Source: an uncultured Gammaproteobacteria bacterium (lineage in GTDB: Bacteria; Pseudomonadota; Gammaproteobacteria; Arenicellales; Poriferihabitantaceae). From it: a stretch of DNA of 64,000 nucleotides. The translations under genes were made by a program, and so were the position numbers. The stretch is from contig CALKKV010000009.1 of the NCBI GenBank assembly GCA_937992195.1, forward strand, positions 9,832 through 73,831, in the 5' to 3' direction. Below are positions 61,781 through 64,000 of the stretch, piece by piece; positions within the stretch are counted from its first letter, which is position 1; the number at the start of each line of letters is the position of its first letter. The notes beneath the pieces were generated by a model, which worked only from the letters and a program-made list of their open reading frames with translations, was not told the DNA's origin and searched no databases.

Positions 61781-64000
61781 ATGAAACTTATTAGAAAACA
61801 GCCAGGAATTGAGGTCAAAGGACCCTCTGGTATCGGCCAGTCGATTGATCGCCGAACGTTCCTAAAACGCTCTGGACTTGCAATGGGTACCGGTGCAGCT
61901 GCAACGGTTCTAGCGCCCGGAAGAGTTAAAAAAGCCCACGCTGCGAATGCTGACGAAGGTGGTGAAATCACAATCAAGCGCAGTGTATGTACTCACTGCT
62001 CGGTTGGTTGTGGGGTAAGAGCAGAAGTCCAAAATGGCGTTTGGACTGGACAAGAGCCTGATTTTGATTCTCCTTTAAACCTCGGTTCACATTGTGCCAA
62101 GGGTGCATCGGTTCGAGAGCATGGCCACGGTGAAAAGCGTCTGAAGACGCCGATGAAACTGGTTGGCGGTAAATGGAAGAAAATGACCTGGGATGACGCC
62201 ATTAACGAAATTGGCGATGGCATGATGAAGATCCGCGAAGAATCGGGTCCTGATTCTGTTTACTGGCTTGGTTCTGCAAAGCACAACAACGAACAGTCCT
62301 ACATGTTCCGAAAGTTTGCTGCGATGTGGGGCACTAACAACATTGACCACCAGGCCCGAATTTGTCATTCCACTACGGTAGCAGGCGTTGCGAACACCTG
62401 GGGTTACGGTGCAATGACCAACTCCTACAACGATATGCATAACAGTAAATGCATGTTGTTTATTGGTTCGAACCCAGCAGAAGCGCACCCGGTTTCTTTG
62501 CAGCATATTTTCCGAGCGAAGGAAAATGGTTCAAAAATGGTGGTGATTGATCCACGATACACCCGCACAGCGGCCCATGCTGATCACTTTGTTCAGATTC
62601 GTCCTGGAACGGACGTTGGGATTATCTGGGGCATGATGTGGCATATCTTTGAAAATGGCTGGGAGGATAAAGAATATATCCGCCAGCGCGTATACGGTAT
62701 GGATGAAGTCCAGGCCGAAGTCGCAAAATGGACGCCTGAGGAAACAGAGCGCGTCACCGGCGTTCCTGAAGATGTGGTGAAAACCGCAGCTGAGATGATG
62801 GCGAAAAATAGCCCGGCGACGTTTGTCTGGTGCATGGGTGGAACGCAGCATACCATCGGTAATAATAATACTCGTGCTTACTGCGCTTTCCAGCTGGCAC
62901 TTGGCAATATTGGTAAGGAAGGCGGCGGCGCAAATATCTTCCGAGGCCATGATAACGTTCAAGGCGCAACCGATTTCTGCGTACTCTCACATTCTCTCCC
63001 TGGCTACTACGGACTGAGCGAAGGTTCCTGGAAGCACTGGTCGAAGGTATGGGGTCTTGAGTTTGACTGGGTCAAAGGCCAGTTCAGCCCTGAAGAAGTT
63101 GAGGGCGATAAAGGCAAGCCGGTACATCCGATGCATTATCGGGGCATACCGGTATCTCGCTGGGTCGACGGCGTGTTAGAAGAAAGCATCGGCCAGAAAG
63201 ACAACATCCGCTGCATGGTCTATAACGGTCATGCGGTGAACAGCCAGTCTCGCGGCCCCGAGATGAAAAAGGCGATGTCGAAGCTCGACATGATGGTTAT
63301 CATCGATCCGTATCCAACCCATGCGGCAGTGTTGCATGACCGTACAGATGGTGTTTGGTTATTACCTGCGACTACGCAATTTGAAACATACGGATCTGTA
63401 ACTGCTTCAAACCGCTCGCTGCAGTGGAGAGAAAAAGTGATCGAGCCTCTATTTGATTCCAAGCCTGATCATGAAATCATGTATCTGTTTGCCAAGAAGT
63501 TTGGTTTTGCTGACCAGTTCTGCAAAAACATCGAGGTAAATGGTAACGAACCCCTGATCGAAGACATCACGCGCGAGTTCAACAGGGGCATGTGGACCAT
63601 TGGTTACACAGGTCAAAGTCCTGAGCGTTTGAAGAAGCACCTTGAAAATAAGCATACCTTCAACACCACGACGCTGAAGGCTGAAGGTGGCCCTTGTGAT
63701 GGGGAGTTTTACGGATTGCCTTGGCCATGTTGGGGTACCGCAGAGATGGGACACCCAGGCACGCCGATTCTTTATGATCCAAGTAAGCCAGTGGCTGAAG
63801 GAGGTCTTAATTTCAGAGCCCGGTTTGGTGTTGAGCATGAAGGCAACAATATTCTTGCAGAAGATTCCTGGCCGAAGGGCAATGAAATTCAAGACGGTCA
63901 TCCTGAATTTTCAGCCGACCTGTTAAAAAGTCTCGGCTGGTGGGAAGATTTAACTCCGGAAGAGCAAGCTGCTGCTGAAGGCAAAAACTGGAAGACCGAT
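61781..64000 (+). CDS. fdhA: Formate dehydrogenase alpha subunit (molybdopterin, FdnG/FdoG-like), Cys-type, 3'-truncated by window end
   Basis: Translated by hand with no in-frame stop to position 64000 (740 codons), so it is absent from the ORF track. TAT signal DRRTFLKRSGLAMGTGAAA; 4Fe-4S motif CTHCSVGCG...C; IDHQARICHSTTV with Cys where E. coli FdnG has Sec. SD aggaga 7 nt upstream. Confidence 0.92.
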   Translation, partial: MKLIRKQPGIEVKGPSGIGQSIDRRTFLKRSGLAMGTGAAATVLAPGRVKKAHAANADEGGEITIKRSVCTHCSVGCGVRAEVQNGVWTGQEPDFDSPLNLGSHCAKGASVREHGHGEKRLKTPMKLVGGKWKKMTWDDAINEIGDGMMKIREESGPDSVYWLGSAKHNNEQSYMFRKFAAMWGTNNIDHQARICHSTTVAGVANTWGYGAMTNSYNDMHNSKCMLFIGSNPAEAHPVSLQHIFRAKENGSKMVVIDPRYTRTAAHADHFVQIRPGTDVGIIWGMMWHIFENGWEDKEYIRQRVYGMDEVQAEVAKWTPEETERVTGVPEDVVKTAAEMMAKNSPATFVWCMGGTQHTIGNNNTRAYCAFQLALGNIGKEGGGANIFRGHDNVQGATDFCVLSHSLPGYYGLSEGSWKHWSKVWGLEFDWVKGQFSPEEVEGDKGKPVHPMHYRGIPVSRWVDGVLEESIGQKDNIRCMVYNGHAVNSQSRGPEMKKAMSKLDMMVIIDPYPTHAAVLHDRTDGVWLLPATTQFETYGSVTASNRSLQWREKVIEPLFDSKPDHEIMYLFAKKFGFADQFCKNIEVNGNEPLIEDITREFNRGMWTIGYTGQSPERLKKHLENKHTFNTTTLKAEGGPCDGEFYGLPWPCWGTAEMGHPGTPILYDPSKPVAEGGLNFRARFGVEHEGNNILAEDSWPKGNEIQDGHPEFSADLLKSLGWWEDLTPEEQAAAEGKNWKTD

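Noticed and set aside
62363-62365. Selenocysteine (in-frame TGA plus SECIS) in the formate dehydrogenase
   Set aside because: The aligned codon is TGT (Cys), and there is no in-frame TGA anywhere in 61781-64000.
61735-63926. Cluster of - strand ORFs (61735..61977, 62087..62506, 62531..62962, 63449..63901)
   Set aside because: All are antisense to the uninterrupted formate dehydrogenase alpha-subunit frame. They appear only because the true gene has no stop inside the window.
1-64000. CRISPR arrays, IS elements/transposases, prophage genes, rRNA, toxin-antitoxin pairs, known anti-phage defence operons
   Set aside because: None recognised. The only nuclease-like genes (81-aa GIY-YIG, 102-aa HNH) are isolated small conserved proteins without partner genes typical of defence systems.

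Overview
This is a chromosomal window from a gammaproteobacterium. The left 12.6 kb has the Pseudomonas/Cellvibrio-type order aspS-yebC-ruvCAB-ybgC-tolQRAB-pal-cpoB-tRNA-Lys, on the + strand with tight or overlapping junctions. The rest is a mosaic of housekeeping genes (mnmC, rapA, srkA, sufSE, pncA), small metabolic operons and several accessory modules. I found no transposase, integrase, phage gene, CRISPR array or rRNA. The most interesting locus is 30016-36911 (- strand). It is a two-partner-secretion system whose TpsB transporter and atypical 1466-aa TpsA exoprotein are separated by a translationally coupled, Sec-exported FecR-domain protein. No ECF sigma factor or TonB-dependent receptor lies nearby. 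Other loci worth a second look: (1) a translationally coupled operon of flavin reductase fusion, LLM monooxygenase, alpha/beta hydrolase and aldehyde dehydrogenase (13756-18064); (2) a four-gene phosphorelay operon of LytTR regulator, Hpt, orphan TAXI binding protein and hybrid kinase (50754-55078), which abuts a secreted S8 peptidase carrying a C-terminal HExxH domain; (3) the accessory block small protein-DUF3305-DUF3306-large 4Fe-4S protein-TorD-like-TAT-signal-only peptide, upstream of a Cys-type (non-selenocysteine) formate dehydrogenase alpha subunit. That last gene runs off the window end and is therefore missing from the supplied ORF track. All family names come from motif recognition by eye, and no database search was run. 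Several ORF-track N-termini (TTG-extended) were trimmed to better-supported starts.
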